A stretch of 64,000 nucleotides of DNA from Octopus vulgaris. Taxonomy: Eukaryota. Shown one piece after another: positions 12,519 through 28,459 of this stretch. The first letter of the stretch is position 1, and the number at the start of each line of letters is the position of its first letter. The position numbers were made by a program, and so were the translations under genes. The stretch covers positions 108,748,001-108,812,000 of the forward strand of contig OX597822.1 in assembly GCA_951406725.2 (NCBI GenBank). Direction: 5' to 3'. The notes below the pieces were generated by a model. It did not search any database. It saw only the letters and a program-made list of their open reading frames with translations, and was not told where the DNA came from.

Positions 12519-13511
12519 GAGGTGGTATCCAAGAAGTTCACGCACTAGATAGGTTTAATAAATATAAGTCATTTACCTACGTTTTAACATAATCTCCTTC
12601 GAAATAATCACAGATATACAGTGATACACCGGTCCCAGCGTTCCTGCCACTTTTGTAATCTAGCCTGGATATCATGGTTGTATACTGTCAATCTAACACG
12701 AACGTGACAGTAGGGGGGTTCGCCACCGCTGTTTAGCCCTAGGAAGCATCGACGCCTCCTGATGGCTTTGACAATTTTTTTCCTGTGTCCTTATGTACAT
12801 TTACGAAGGGGAGACAAATACCCCCAGCTGCCCGGGCTGCATCTAGGGACACGTGTTTCAGGATGATTGTCCTTCGTCGGCCTAGAGTAGCAGACACCGG
12901 TCAGCTGACGATATCTGTCTCGACTTGTAATGTATATATCTAAATTTCAGTGATTTTGATGGTCAGCCTGGATATCGTTTTACGTAAAGGAATCGTGGAC
13001 CTTCTGCGATTCGCCGTTAATCCCGACAATGGTGTTAAAATGTTTACATTTCAGCTGCATTTTGATATTGGAGAAGAGGAGAAAGTTCTCAAATTTGGCA
13101 AAAAGAGCGGGTGGGTCGGGAGCGATAACAAGTTGTTTTCCGTGAAAAACTCACGAGTAATAACAACCTGATGACAGGGTACATTGTCGTAATGAAGAAT
13201 CGAATTGTGTAAGACCCATTGCCTCGTCACCCTAAGCTTGCTGTATCATGATTAATGTCTGTAGAAGACTTGCCTAGTTTGACACAAACTTTCACGTTGG
13301 CTTTTTTTTCCTGTTCATGAAAATCGCAGACTAGAGCCTGCACATGATCACATAATCACAAATTTCACAACTTGTGAAATAAACACAGCAATGTCACTCT
13401 GAACACTGCGCCATGAAGGTTACTTCTTGCTCACACAGCGTACGCAACTAAGTGCTGCCGACTGTTGGCGCGCTGCCGAAGCAGTACGGGAAAATATTGT
13501 TATCATCTGGT
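12519..13511 (-). mobile_element. Internally deleted, decayed mariner transposon
   Basis: TA|CGAGGTGGTATCCAAGAAGTTC TIR with a degenerate partner near 13481-13511. Minus-strand peptides KANVKVCVKLGKSS, QQA*GDEAMG, ILHYDNVPCH, LQKWQERWDRCI. Confidence 0.8.
12674..12964. mobile_element. Unclassified 291-bp insertion with 12-bp TSD inside the mariner
   Basis: AGCCTGGATATC at 12662-12673 and 12965-12976. Removing the insert restores the mariner reading NDIQARLQKWQERW. Confidence 0.7.
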
Positions 13512-14122
13512 TCAGACACACAACATACACACACACACACGCACACGCACGCACACGCGCACACACACTCCTCCCCACATATATATATATATATATATAT
13601 TGTGTGTGTATATATATATATATACATATACATGTATATATACACACATGCAGACACATACACATTCACTCACACACATATACGTATGTGTGTCTGCGTA
13701 TGTCCTTGTATCTGAAAGAGATAGAGAGAAGGAGAGAGAGACAGAGAGAAACTGAGAGAGAGGGAGAGACGAAACACGGAAAATTATCATATGACTTTGT
13801 TTCCTGAGTATACACGGAAAGTTGATACGTTATATATCACTCAGGGGCATAACATATGTCGTATTGAAAAGCTGAAATTTAATAATCAATAAGCACACAC
13901 ATACATTTACGCTGTTCGTGTGAAAAATACATTGATTTATTATGGTTAATAGTAATGATGACAAAAATTGAAAATAAAAACACTATTTCTAATACACCTA
14001 CTGATGTTACTACTACTAATAATCATGATGATATTGGTAATAATAAACTTGTGACAGACAATATTAACTAATTTCCCCCGAGGTTAGCGCCCCAGACTGT
14101 TTTATTTATTGCTTACATTATT

Positions 14123-14171
<49 letters not shown>

Positions 14172-14897
14172 TCTCAATATATATATATGTGTGTGTGTAT
14201 GTATGTATGTATGCATGTCTGTATGTACGTATGCATGTATATACATACACATATGTACATATATATATATAAACATATACACATATGGATGTATGTATGG
14301 ATATAGTTATACATACTACAGACCTATGAACATATCCTTGTGCGTGTGTGGCTGCTTGTTCGAGAATTAAACAACGTCAATGCATTTAATAAATACCATC
14401 ATAATATAGGTTGATAAATTTTTTATATTGCCATTGAAAAATTTATTACTCTAATGTCAAACGTTAGTAACAATTCTGAAGCTTTGTTATATATAGTTGT
14501 GCTAATATTCATAAACACCTGCTGAATAAATTCTGTGAAGAATTCAAAATATCTTTTGATTTCCTGATCATTCAAAAATGTAAATAATATATCGTAACTG
14601 ATTCCAGTCTGTTAGAAGAATAATATACAACTCGTTTCTTTGGGGGGTTACTAAAGTAGAATTTTTGTTGTAGTTTCCTTACACATGTATACTATATAAT
14701 TGATGTGAAACAGCGTCGTTGATACAGATTTTTGTAGAAATGTCTTACTGCTGTATAAGATGGTCTATTGAGGGCAAAAACCTCTCGTTCGATTAACTTA
14801 TTCCCGACTCCATTGAACAATGGTTCTTATTATAGGTCTTTAACTAATAAACCTTACTATAATACAATATTTCGAGAACATATGTTACGTACGACTA

Positions 14898-15055
14898 GAG
14901 TGGCTGTGTGGTAAGTAGCTTGCTAACAAACCACATGGTTCCGGGTTCAGTCCCACTGCGTGGCACCTTGCGCTAGTGTCTTCTGCTATAGCCCCGGGCC
15001 GACCGATGCCTTGTGAGTGGATTTGGTAGACGGAAACTGAAAGAAGCCTGTCGTA

Positions 15056-15097
<42 letters not shown>

Positions 15098-15329
15098 TGT
15101 GTGTGTATATGTTTGTGTGTCTGTGTATTTCCCCCTAGCATTGCTTGACAACAGATGCTGGTGTTTTTACGTCCCCGTCACATAGCGGTTCGGCAAAAGA
15201 GACCGATAAAATAAGTACTGGGCTTACAAAGAATAAGTCCCGGGGTCGATTTGCTCGACTAAAGGCGGTGCTCCAGCATGGCCGCAGTCAAATGACTGAA
15301 ACAAGTAAAAGAGTAAAAGAGTAAAAGAG
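14898..15329 (+). mobile_element. SINE family A
   Basis: GAGTGGCTGTGTGGTAAGTAGCTTGC...GGTTCAGTCCC head, internal (TA)n(TG)n, (GAGTAAAA)3 tail. Confidence 0.92.
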
Positions 15330-15721
15330 ATTCGTATGTAAGTTGTTAAATCCAGGCTGTTCCTGATTAAACAAGTTCAAAGACATTCTCATTATAACCA
15401 CTCATTTTTCTTCCAAATATCAGGTAACTTAAGTTTTTCATTCTGCGGGATATACGTCAAGAATTTTAGTGATACTGAAAAGAGATTAGTGTGTTTCTTT
15501 TTTCTAGCTAACTCAGTAATGGCCCATCATTATAATACTTTTCTTTCATTTCAAAAGTTGTGTAAATTAATGCCGACACGAAATACTATTCACAAAATCA
15601 TCAATTAATTAAAACGGAGGCTGATGTCATTTACTGCAGCATTACCTCCCTATGAATAGTATGAACATTCTAACATATGTTCTCAAGTATATTAATGCAG
15701 TAGTATGGTTATTAATCTAAT

Positions 15722-15919
15722 ATTGATTTCAAAGTTTGGCACACGGCCAGCAAATTCGAAGGAAGGGGTCAGTCGATAACATCGACTTATGTTATCGCCA
15801 ACAAAAGGATAAAAACAACAGGTTGGCATCCGTAGAATTTGAACTCAGAACGTAAAGATGGACGAAAGGTAGCTAAATATGTTTGTTTGGAGTGCTAACG
15901 ATTCTGCCTGCTCACTACC
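15722..15919 (-). mobile_element. Old SINE family C copy
   Basis: GAATTTGAACTCAGAACGTAA...GTGCTAACGATTCTGCCTGCTCAC, a degenerate match to the 23577 and 57446 copies. Confidence 0.65.
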
Positions 15920-17269
15920 ATGGTTAGTAAACAAATATTAAGGTGCATATCTGGTATGTATGTATGCACGCTTGTTTCTGTGTATAAAAATATAAACTAA
16001 ATCGATAATAGATAAGAGAATATCTTTGGATTTTCATTCTGTGTTACTACACCTATTAATCAGATATATAGTTTTCAGGGATAAGTGCTTGTTCCGTAGG
16101 GTATTTATCCCAAATGATTGGATATTTTACTCGTGAACTTATTTAGGTTCTCGATGTAAACAACATATTTATGGATTTAATCTTCTCATTTTAGCATGTC
16201 GGAGCAATGGTCGTAATAATCATGTAGTTATCGTAATTCACATAATTCAATTCGGAAATTATTATATATCCTTTGCTCAAATAACAGTGTAGAAGTTCTT
16301 ATGTATTTCTGTATCAGATATATATACGTGTTATTTATTGCTATCATTTCATTTATCAATACTACGTCCAACCTCAGGGCTTTGTTCCAATACAACATAT
16401 ATGTAATTAAAACCAGTAATTAGAAATCTAACTAGTTTTCCTTAAACTATATTGTTATGCTTTCCGTACTTAGCATTAGAACGTTAATGTTGTTTTCGCC
16501 GCGAACGACTGAAACATATTACCAAAATTTCGATTCCACTGTTTCAGAAACCTCCTTGGAAAATTAAATCAACACACTTCTCTGTATCTGTTTTGAAATA
16601 ACTTATCAAACTCTCCTTCAATTAACCTTAATATGCATTACAAATCTGTAACATATAACACCTCCGTATAACTAATTTATTCGTTGAAGGTCATTAACGG
16701 TATATTTTTAAAGAAAGTTTAACCTAACAAGAGCAATTTCATGTATTTTCGTCTTTTTATAGTTACATATTCATAACAGCTTTATATGATAGAAATGGGT
16801 GGATATTTGTCATTTTAATAATGTTTTACCCACAAATCCACCAAATAAATTATTAGACTTCTTCTTGAACAATTGCAAATGGACGTCTGCAAGAGGAATA
16901 TGAACTGGGGAGGAATTTCAACCCTAAATAGCTCTACCAATAGTGCTCTTTGTTGGATCTAGGGATGAACATATAGCGTTGGCAATGACATGAACATGAA
17001 AACAACTTGTGTTTTTTTTTATACTGGCGGGAATAACAAATGCTACGAGCAGACGCCACTGATCCTACGAGAAGGCACCGTCGCTCTCAGAAGCAGACTC
17101 CGCAGTATTTTCAGATAAAATGCAAGTGTGAGGAAGCAGTACTTGTTATGCTGACAGTGACATTCTCCAAGACGTAGGAGCTTTGATCCATTGTGGATGA
17201 TTCACAAAATTTGTAGCGAATCATTATTATGATGCATGTAAATATAGACATTCTATAACTGCGATTCCT

Positions 17270-17463
<194 letters not shown>

Positions 17464-17595
17464 ATGAGGGTGTCTAAAGACACCAACATGCCGAAATAGC
17501 AGTCGAAACACTGACTATAGTACCACGTTAAATGTTCATATCGCACCATGAGGTAAAGCGGAGGGACAAAACATACAAGCAAAAATTATTGAATA

Positions 17596-17655
17596 ATTCA
17601 AGATCCAAGGATTTCTGGTTCTGCTTTAGGTAAGCTTTACCGTCATCAATTGAAT
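17596..17655 (-). ncRNA. Type I hammerhead motif (U3 variant)
   Basis: Reverse complement of 18604-18663, with one substitution in the stem II loop. Confidence 0.6.
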
Positions 17656-18078
17656 ATATCAAGGGTACATCAATACAGATATATATATGCACAGCAAACG
17701 ATATACTTACATACACGAGCGTCGCACATACATACATATGCACGTATGGACACAGCCAGTTTGAATCGCCCGCCAAATCACCGCATAAGTACGATATGGT
17801 TAAAATAAGCACCGCAGTGAATATAATAACGAATTATATAAATTTATATATGAGGATAATATCGATATTTAAGTGTCGAAATTATCAAGTGGCCAGCATG
17901 AAAGAAATACCTTACAAAGGTAAACAAATTTTTTAACAATTAAAAATGAGGGTGTCTAAAAGACACCAACATGCCGAAATAGCAGTCGAAACACTGACTA
18001 TAGTACCACGTTAAATGTTCATATCGCACCATGAGGTAAAGCGGAGGGACAAAACATACAAGCAAAAATTATTGAATA

Positions 18079-18138
18079 ATTCAAGATCCAAGGATTTCTG
18101 GTTCTGCTTTAGATAAGCTTTACCGTCATCAATTGAAT
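18079..18138 (-). ncRNA. Type I hammerhead motif (U3 variant)
   Basis: Reverse complement of 18604-18663. Confidence 0.6.
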
Positions 18139-18603
18139 ATATCAAGGGTACATCAATACAGATATATATATGCACAGCAAACGATATACTTACATACACG
18201 AGCGTCGCACATACATACATTTACCTCATGGTGCGATATGAACATTTAACGTGGTACTATAGTCAGTGTTTCGACTGCTATTTCGGCATGTTGGTGTCTT
18301 TTAGACACCCTCATTTTTAATTGTTAAAAATTTTTTTACCTTTGTAAGGTATTTCTTTCATGCTGGCCACTTGATAATTTCGACACTTAAATATCGATAT
18401 TATCCTCATATATAAATTTATATAATTCGTTATTATATTCACTGCGGTGCTTATTTTAACCATATCGTACTTATGCGGTGATTTGGCGGGCGATTCAAAC
18501 TGGCTGTGTCCATACGTGCGTATGTATGTATGTACGACGCTCGTATATGTAAGGATATCGTTTGCTGTGCATATATATATCTGTATTTATGTACCCTTGA
18601 TAT

Positions 18604-18663
18604 ATTCAATTGATGACGGTAAAGCTTATCTAAAGCAGAACCAGAAATCCTTGGATCTTGAAT
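18604..18663 (+). ncRNA. Type I hammerhead motif (U3 variant)
   Basis: ATTCAA-TTGATGA-CGGT..ACCA-GAAA-TCC TT GGA-TC^TTGAAT: 6-bp stem I, stem III TCC/GGA, AUC cleavage triplet. Confidence 0.65.
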
Positions 18664-18898
18664 TATTCAATAATTTTTGCTTGTATGTTTTGTCCCTCCG
18701 CTTTACCTCATGGTGCGATATGAACATTTAACGTGGTACTATAGTCAGTGTTTCGACTGCTATTTCGGCATGTTAGTGTCTTTTAGACACCCTCATTTTT
18801 AATTGTTAAAAAATGTTTTTACCTTTGTAAGGTATTTCTTTCATGCTGGCCACTTGATAATTTCGACACTTAAATATCGATATTATCCTCATATATAA

Positions 18899-18938
<40 letters not shown>

Positions 18939-21255
18939 CGTGTGTATGTGTGTGTGCGTCTCTGTGTTTCTATATGTGTGTATGTATATTTTTCGGTATC
19001 TGTGAGAGTAGGCGGTAATAAATATGTAATAATGAAAGAGAAAAATCAATATGACGTCATTCGATAATTACGATGTTTGTTTCGAGACACGAGGCTACTT
19101 TGGCATGAAGTAAGTTCTAGGTAGTTAATAACTATACAGAGAACTGAAGAGCTGTGAAGCGTTGCTATACAAGGTGTTGGTTTTGCTGTAGGTGACAAAA
19201 GGTAGATATTTGTTGTGCATCTAGAAGAATAAGTAGACTTATAACTAAACAGAGATGAAAATATATTGTTGAGGGAACATGGCTAATAGAGACGTACATC
19301 TACGCATGCTGAGATATTTGCGTCCTAAGGGTAGCTGTTCTATTCAAAAAGCGAGAAGCAGATAAGTGTGCTTAGGCCGGCAGTTTAGCGCTCAGATTTC
19401 AATGTCAGATATGGTCGAAATCGTCCATGACGCATTCGTAGTTAATTGTAGTAACATGATCAAGAACAACAGGTTTTATTATCAAGAACAACATTTCACA
19501 CTTTTGTCAATTGTATTATCCATATTTTCTTAGTTTATTTATACTGAAGAACAGGGATCCAATTTTGATCGGCATTTCATGCGAATATATAAGGCGTTGC
19601 GATTTTTATTACATTGAGTTGCCGCTCTTAATTCTTGATCGCGTTTTATTTCATGTATTGGAAATAATGATGATCTGATTGCCCATCTAAATTTTCGTGT
19701 ATCTCCATTAATCCAAGTGATGAATGAGGTATCGGCTGTAGCGCTATTGAAATGCAAATTGTGCAAGTATCAGTAGTTTATTTCAGATCTTCCTTCAATA
19801 CACAGGAATACGAAGATCTGTATTGTTACCTGAAATACCAGAGAGTACAGTAGACATAACTCCTTCAACACATATTCTACCTTCTACATAATACATACGA
19901 CATAATACATAACATATCCTTATATTCTATGCGACATATTCTTGGTTAGATTGCCGTTCGTTGAAATGCGGCGAAACTTACTATTTGATTTCTGAATACT
20001 AAATTAAATATATCACCACATCTGTGAATTTAAGCGTGTAAATCAATGTGAATCGTGACATATCCATTTTTTGTATGTAAAAAATGTATAAAAAATCTTA
20101 TAAGTTTTTCTTCATTCAATTGTTGAAGTACAATACTACTGTGTTAGTGAAAAAGCTATTGATATTCGATGAGAAATCGGGATCGAAAAAATATATATAC
20201 AAAGTGAATTTAACAGTAAGGTGTGTTGTTAAATAACTAAAACAGTAGCTTTTCAACACACGATCTAAGATGAAATGATTTCATCTATAAGTGTAAATCC
20301 GATGAGACATTTATTTAACATTCTAATATATTCGATAAACGTATGAATACCGAAGCTTCAGTTTATCTCCCTGAAATCACGATAGAAATGTGTTACATGA
20401 AAAAATAATTGTTTAGCAAGAAACACTTCTAAAAAGAAATAATCTTGGAAATATTTTACTGTTAACACATAATGTGAAACAGTTCTGAGATTGCATAATG
20501 AAATCCTGCATGTTGAATTACAGCAATGTATATTATATTCACAAACAAAGAAAAGGTGAAATGTATAATTCGATATCTGCTAGCCAAATATCACTTAAGC
20601 ACTTCCATTTATCATTTCACAAAAGTTCTATACAGTTTGAAAACAGTCACATTTTAGAAAGATACTATTGCTGAAAAGTATGTAAACTATAATCTTTTAG
20701 AATGCCTATATTTTATTAATGGATAGAACAAAGTGGGTGGGAATCTCACATCAACTACATGCATCATAACAAAATATTAGGGATTATATATATTTCAAAA
20801 ATACCGACGTGGATATCATATTCATTTTTACGGATAATTTTCTTACCTTCCTCTGGAATGTAGTTTTTCGGAGTATTTTTACCAAACCCTACACTTGCAA
20901 TCTCTGAAACCTTTCCCGTGGGAACGTTTCTAAAACAATTATTCATGGTGATTTCCCCCCTCAATTGTGCCACCTTTATTGTTTCTATTTCGGGCACTTA
21001 TGTACAATGTTTGAGTCTGAAACATAAGTCTGCAGTGTTCCTGCTGATTTCAAAGAACCTAAATATATTACAAAGTAGAATCAAATAATTCAGCAAACAT
21101 AACTTTAGAGAGATTGTTGGAAAAACTATAAATACTATGCCCCCCAAAGGGACATAGTATATACTTCGGTATCCACATATTTTAACTCTAAATAGAAAAC
21201 ATATGTGACGTTCAGTTCGGGTTGCTCGGTTAATATATGGATCATTCTTTATTAT

Positions 21256-21645
21256 GGGATGGAAGCACTCCGTCGGTTACGACGATGAGGGTTCCGGTTG
21301 ATCCGACCAACGGAACAGCCTGCTCATGAAATTAACGAGTAAGTGGCTGAGCACTCCACAGACACGTGTACCCTTAACGTAGTTCTCGGGGATATTCAGC
21401 GTGACACAGAGAGTGACAAGGCCGGCCCTTTGAAATACAGGTACCACAGAAACAGTAAGAAAGAGTGAGAGAAAGTTGTGGCGAAAGAGTACAACAGGGG
21501 ATCACCACCACCCCCTGCCGGAGCCTCGTGGAGCTTTAGGTGTTTTCGCTCAATAAACACTCACAACGCCCGGTCTGGGAATCGAAACCGCGATCCTACG
21601 ACCGCGTGTCCGCTGCCCTAACCACTGGGCCATTGCGCCTCTACT
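21256..21645 (-). mobile_element. SINE family B, 12-bp TSD
   Basis: Full copy. ATTCTTTATTAT at 21244-21255 and 21646-21657. Confidence 0.92.
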
Positions 21646-22700
21646 ATTCTTTATTATAACATACAGGAGAAAGGATTCACAAGATAAGCTACATAAAAAT
21701 GATGTTTCGAAAATTACTGGATTTTGAGGTTTCTTCAATAATGCTTGTTTCAAATTCGCGTACATTTTCAAGTTCAAGTAGAGCAGATGTTCACTTCAAA
21801 TTCTCTTCCTCCATATTATAAGGACAACATAATCCATCTTCTATGCACTTTCTTGAAATTTACAATATCTTCCCAATTAAATATAATTACCTAATCAAAT
21901 AATATTTTATCTGTTATATATTCGAAAAAGGTTTTGCTATATTTGTAATAAAAGTAAGGCTGTACGAAGAATAACCGCAATACTTAATATCACATTATAT
22001 AATAATGTGATAGAAAAAGGGCAATATAGACTTAAATGTGTTCTGGTTTACCAACAATTTATTTATTTTTTTACTTTTAACACGTGAGCTCCGATACAAG
22101 GAACCCAGAAATCTTTACTGATTTGTAAGTAGATTACAACTTATTGGCTAGAACCTAATCTATATTGAATTTACAATTCGAAAGTGATTTCTTCACCTTT
22201 TACCTTCTAATTTGTAATCTTTAAAGACTCTAAACAGAATTGTTGAAATATTGCTCAGCAGAGATGCTTAGTATAATCATCACAAATCTAAGCTCACAAT
22301 ACGAAAATAAATTTATAGGACACAAAGGTTACATGACATAGCATGTGTGAAAATCCATTTAACCTCTTAATATTATCACTTCATTTAATGCTTAAGTAAA
22401 CATTACATCATGGAATCTTAACCTGTCTTTTGTTACCTATTTCCTATTCAACGTTCTTAAACAATTAATCCTTCTTCATATATCTGCTTTTGTTAAGTGC
22501 TATAAAGTTTATTAAATATAATCCGATTCTATGTTAACTTAATGAATTTCAGTGTTCCTAATTATTGGATAATCTGATTTCAGATTAGCGCAGTCGATTT
22601 TTACATTACAAACTTCAAACCCGGAAGTGTCAGAAACTAAATGCGGCCGGATATTTAAGAGACAGTCGCACTTCAAAATGATTTGTCCCCTATAAATTTG

Positions 22701-22758
<58 letters not shown>

Positions 22759-23570
22759 GTCTGTGTGTATTTATATACACGTATGTATGTATGTATGTAT
22801 GTATGTATGAACGATGCCTGTATGTATATGTGTGAGTGTTTTTGAATGTGTACGTGTGTCTTTGTATGATTATAAATGTGTTGTGTTGTATTTGTCTTGC
22901 ATATTTATACAAATATATGTGTATGTACATATGGATATATATTTATATGTCATTTTAATTATTATTGTTATTGGCCCTGTGGCGAAATACATTTAAATGA
23001 TTAAATTGGTGAATGCGTATGTCCAGCATTCAATATTAAATTCAACGTCAGCCATAGCTAAAAGCACATATAACTTTGCAAACAGCAGTCAATGAGAGAC
23101 CGCCAACCGAGTATCTTAATAGACACAATTCTACTTCATCTAATGATAAAAGTGAGTATCTATCGTATTCATGTGCATGACTGTGAGTTATAATTATATC
23201 TTATATATTTTTAATATTTTCCGGATCTGTTACAGTTTAATTGGACATTACTTTCAATTTTATCATCTGCCTTCCTTAGACCAACACACTCTTTGTTTCA
23301 TCATGTTATGTGATTTTGCATTTGAGATGACTAATTTCAGTGGTATTGCCACTAATGTAGATGTCTATACATTAACACTCGTGCTTTATTTTTGCTAATG
23401 TTTGTAATGTTATTTACGATAATTATTGTTTCCAAAATGAGTGTGATATTTTGCAAAGGTAAGATGAGTTTTTTGACTATATTGGAAAATGCAGTGATTT
23501 TTATATCATGTCAAAAAGTATATCCCCTTAATTAGCATGGGTAAGTGTGTGATTGAGGCGATAGAATAAT

Positions 23571-23809
23571 TATCGAAAGGCAGCGAGCTGGCAGAACCGT
23601 TAGCACGCCGGGCGAAATACGTAGCCGTATTTAGTCTGTCGTTACGTTCTGAGTTCAAATTCTGCTGGGGTCGACTTCGCCTTTCATCATTTCGGGGTCG
23701 ATAAATTAAGTACCAGTAACGCACAGGTGTCGATGCAATCGACGTAATCCGTTTGTCTGTCCTTGGTTGTCCCTTCTATGTTTAGCCCCTTGTGGGTAAT
23801 AAGGAATCA
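23571..23809 (+). mobile_element. tRNA-derived SINE family C (Nin/Deu-like central domain), 11-bp TSD
   Basis: GAGCTGGCAGAACCGTTAG (box A) ... GAGTTCAAATTC (box B) ... GCCTTTCATCATTTCGGGGTCGATAAATTAAGTACCAG. GATAGAATAAT at 23560-23570 and 23810-23820. Confidence 0.88.
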
Positions 23810-24559
23810 GATAGAATAATAATCAAAATCGTTTAAACAGTATACCAGTTGTAGTCATCAGATATACAAATGACAATGACTGTATTAGTGATGTAAACTC
23901 AGAGTATTTCTGTAGATAATCAACTACCACTGCCGCTAGCTATTTTCACAGTCAAGAGAGAGAGGGGGAGAGGAAGCGAAAATGAAAGTTAAAAGAGAGA
24001 GACAGTAAGAAACAGGGAGAAAATTTAGGAATATTACATGCAATATAAAAAGAAGCAAGAAAACAAGTATTAGAAATAAACGACTTTTCATAAGAGATTT
24101 GGCATTAGAGAATATAGTTCTAGGCACATTCTAAATGGGAAGACGATGCTTCCTTCAGAAATGTGCTTCATTCAGAACTGTATATATTAGATCAAAACGC
24201 ATGTAATAGGGAAATGGGAACATTTGTTAGAAATTACTAACAGGCTGATCACCGTTTCTTGATAAGGGAACCAGGAAGAGGAAGTAGCAATGTGAGACTA
24301 TCCATGATATCTAAGCCATGGCAGAATTCTAAAGGATCAGAGTTGCTTTAAACTAAATAACAAAAAAAAAACAATAGCAACGACAAGAGATACATTAACA
24401 GATTTTATATGTGGTATGAGTTGCATGCTGAAATTAATACAAGTGTAAGTGCATCTTCTATATTAACTGACACAAGTCGCTGAAACTACAAATATTAGAA
24501 AGAATCTCTTCTACACAACGATACACAACAAGTGTTGTTATTCCGTCAACCCTTAACCC

Positions 24560-24940
24560 AACTCACGAATTGTCTATCATAAATTTCAGTTTTCTCTCTT
24601 GCTCTCATTTTTTCGCGAATAATTTCTCATCTTCTGAATCATCGACTCGTTCTCGGCAAAATTTGTCTTATATATGATTGTAGGAAAGTGTTTAGCCTAC
24701 TTGTCTATTGTGAATACTTGCCTCCGTTGGCCGAGTTTCTGTGGTATTGGTCCAATTCAGTTCCCATTGCTTGTTTCGATCTCAATTTTTAGTTTCTTTT
24801 TTCGTTGAAATTCTCCATTCAGTTGAACTTGTTAATAGTGCTCTTTCCGTAAACAACCTGCAGGGTTCAATGGGTGTCAGACTGCGTGATTCCTACCTCC
24901 TTCCAGAACTCAATGACGGCGACAGGTTGATTCTGCTAAG
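24560..24940 (-). pseudogene. Decayed mariner transposase N-terminus
   Basis: Minus strand QPVAVIEFWKEVGITQSDTH*TLQVVYGKSTI resembles the mariner HTH start (RAVIEFL..EG....IH.RL..VYG). Confidence 0.55.
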
Positions 24941-25904
24941 AAATTATTTGGCTACAAGAAGAACAAGTGTAAATGTTTCGATATAAATAGACTCACTCTG
25001 TAAACGTGTGAAAACTTCGAACGAATTTCATATATCATTGACCAAGTTTGAATTACTTTTGGTTGAAACTTCGTAAAAATACAACCTTAAGAAAGAAAAT
25101 GTGCAAAGATTTTGCTATTTCATTTTTATTCCCATGTTATTTATTTATTGTTACAAACGTGAAACATGAATTTCAATTTATGATGTTTCACTTCTAAGAT
25201 TTTTTTAAGAATAAAATATATAGTTCTATTTGTTCCATTTAGGATATTATTTAAAATTATTGGTGTATTTTATTTTATTTATACTCTACTAGAGTACTAT
25301 ATTTTTTTAAATTGTTTCTCTGAAGAATTTATAATTCTTGCTGAAATGAGCATCGCCTGGTTGCCGTTTTAATACATCATACTTCTCTGCAATGGATTAG
25401 AAACATTTTTTTACTTCCCGAGCGAAATTTATAACATTCTTCTTCCTTCATGTTTGTGTGTGTGTGTGTGCGGGGGGGTGCTAACGTTCATAATTGGGGC
25501 ACTTTCACAGAATATAGCTTTTAGCATTTTTATTTTAAATCTTTCTTTATCTCTTAGTGCCAATCATCTTAAAACTTTCAATATAACCAAGTAAAATGAC
25601 AGCCATTGGCAAGTATAATGTATTTGACACTTCACTGGGAAATATTTCATGAAGTGTATTTGTTGCCATAGAAACTAGGTGCTAACCGCTTTATAAAGAT
25701 TTTCCTACTACGGTCCTTAGATCATATATTCAAAATCATTATATTACACCTTGCATATGCAGGTCTCCAGTGGTCACTATGAAGTTATAAATCACATAAT
25801 GATGAAAACGTTATTAAGCATATAAAGCTGTTTAGCTTTCTAACCATTAGGTACCTAATACTTTTCACTACGAGATATTTAGACATAATATATGCGCTTC
25901 CATA

Positions 25905-26525
<621 letters not shown>

Positions 26526-26788
26526 AGTAATAGAAATATGAAATTTATTGGGAAATGTCTATTTTAAGTAAAGAACTTGTCTGATACACAATTCAATCGG
26601 CTATAGAGGATGCACATGATTAATATAATAGAAGCTGACGGTTTACTTTCCGATGCAACCCGAGTACGGGAGTTCTCCACATTCAGAAACCACCCAAACT
26701 CACAGCAACTAAAAAAAATTGACTTTTGCTTAATTATCCAGGGTACATAAACGCATATACATGCATACATAAATCCCATCACATACGC

Positions 26789-27255
<467 letters not shown>

Positions 27256-28459
27256 CTAATGTAGCATAAAATTTTTTTCGAAAAAAATTCTCCTCCCCCA
27301 AAATGTTATCAATCGGCATTAGACATTTTTTCGTTTGCCCTAATTTATGAATTGTTTATATATATATATATAAATATTGTTGTGTCTCAGGAGAGTCATT
27401 CTCTTTTAGTGTCTTAAGAATAAACATACCAAAACAAAGTTTCCCCTTTAGACATTCTATTTTTAACATTTATGATTTGAATAATATATATATATATAAA
27501 TATATGTATATCTAATGTAGCATAAAAATTTTTTTGGAAAAAAATTCTATAAGTAAATGAATGGAAATTAGACACGGTGATTTATATGTTATATATATAT
27601 AGAAATAAATTATATAGTGTCTCAGGAAGAAAAGATAAACACGCTCACCGGTTCAGTTTCCACTCAGTTCCTCCTTTTTCTAACATTTTCTTTGAATCTC
27701 AATGAATATACAAAGGGTAGCAAGACGCAGTGAAAAGTTTGGAAAAAAACTATAAGTAAATGAATGGAAATTGAACCGGTGATTATGTTATAATAAAGAA
27801 ATAAATTATATAGACAAAGAAAAGATAGAGGCCAGTCACAAGTGTTGACAGCATAAGGGAGTGTGGGGATGTAGATAGCAAATAAATGTCAGTGGTATTG
27901 ATAAGTAAAGGCTAATGATTAAAATATTAAGTGAACGCGAACACATGGGAGATCACACAGGGATAGCACATTCTAGAGTGGGAAAAAATATCTGCCACAA
28001 TGGTAAGAGAGGGATGAGAAGCAGAATAGTGAGGAAGTTACGATACTATAGTACAGATGTTGAGATACCGTAGTACAGATGTTAGAAATAAAGAGGATGG
28101 AATTATTAGGACTTAATGTAATGAGAGAACTGTCTACAGAACTTATGTTTACACATGTAAATTACAACAATAGAACGATCTAATATGATGACTGCATTGT
28201 GATATAACGTACTGAGTGATTCGCTGCAACAAAATTTAAGGTCGTATATTCCTCATATATGTAATTCCACCATAAACACTGACATATATGAGGTTCCACC
28301 ACATATGGAGTTCTCCATATATGGCGTTCCACCACAAACTCTGTGAACTCTGACATGCTATAGATATGATATCAATATTTCTTGGGTTAAATGAATGTCA
28401 GGGAAACTAGATTCCTTTCTGGCACAAACAAAGAAAGCTCTTAATTATGAAAAATGACG

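Noticed and set aside
18447-18731. 94-aa ORF repeated at 17528 and partly at 18011
   Set aside because: GTG start, no recognisable domain; the recurrence only reflects the 483-bp repeat.
22570-22690. CCGGAAGT ETS motif in a CpG-richer patch as a host promoter
   Set aside because: One 8-mer with no adjacent exon evidence.
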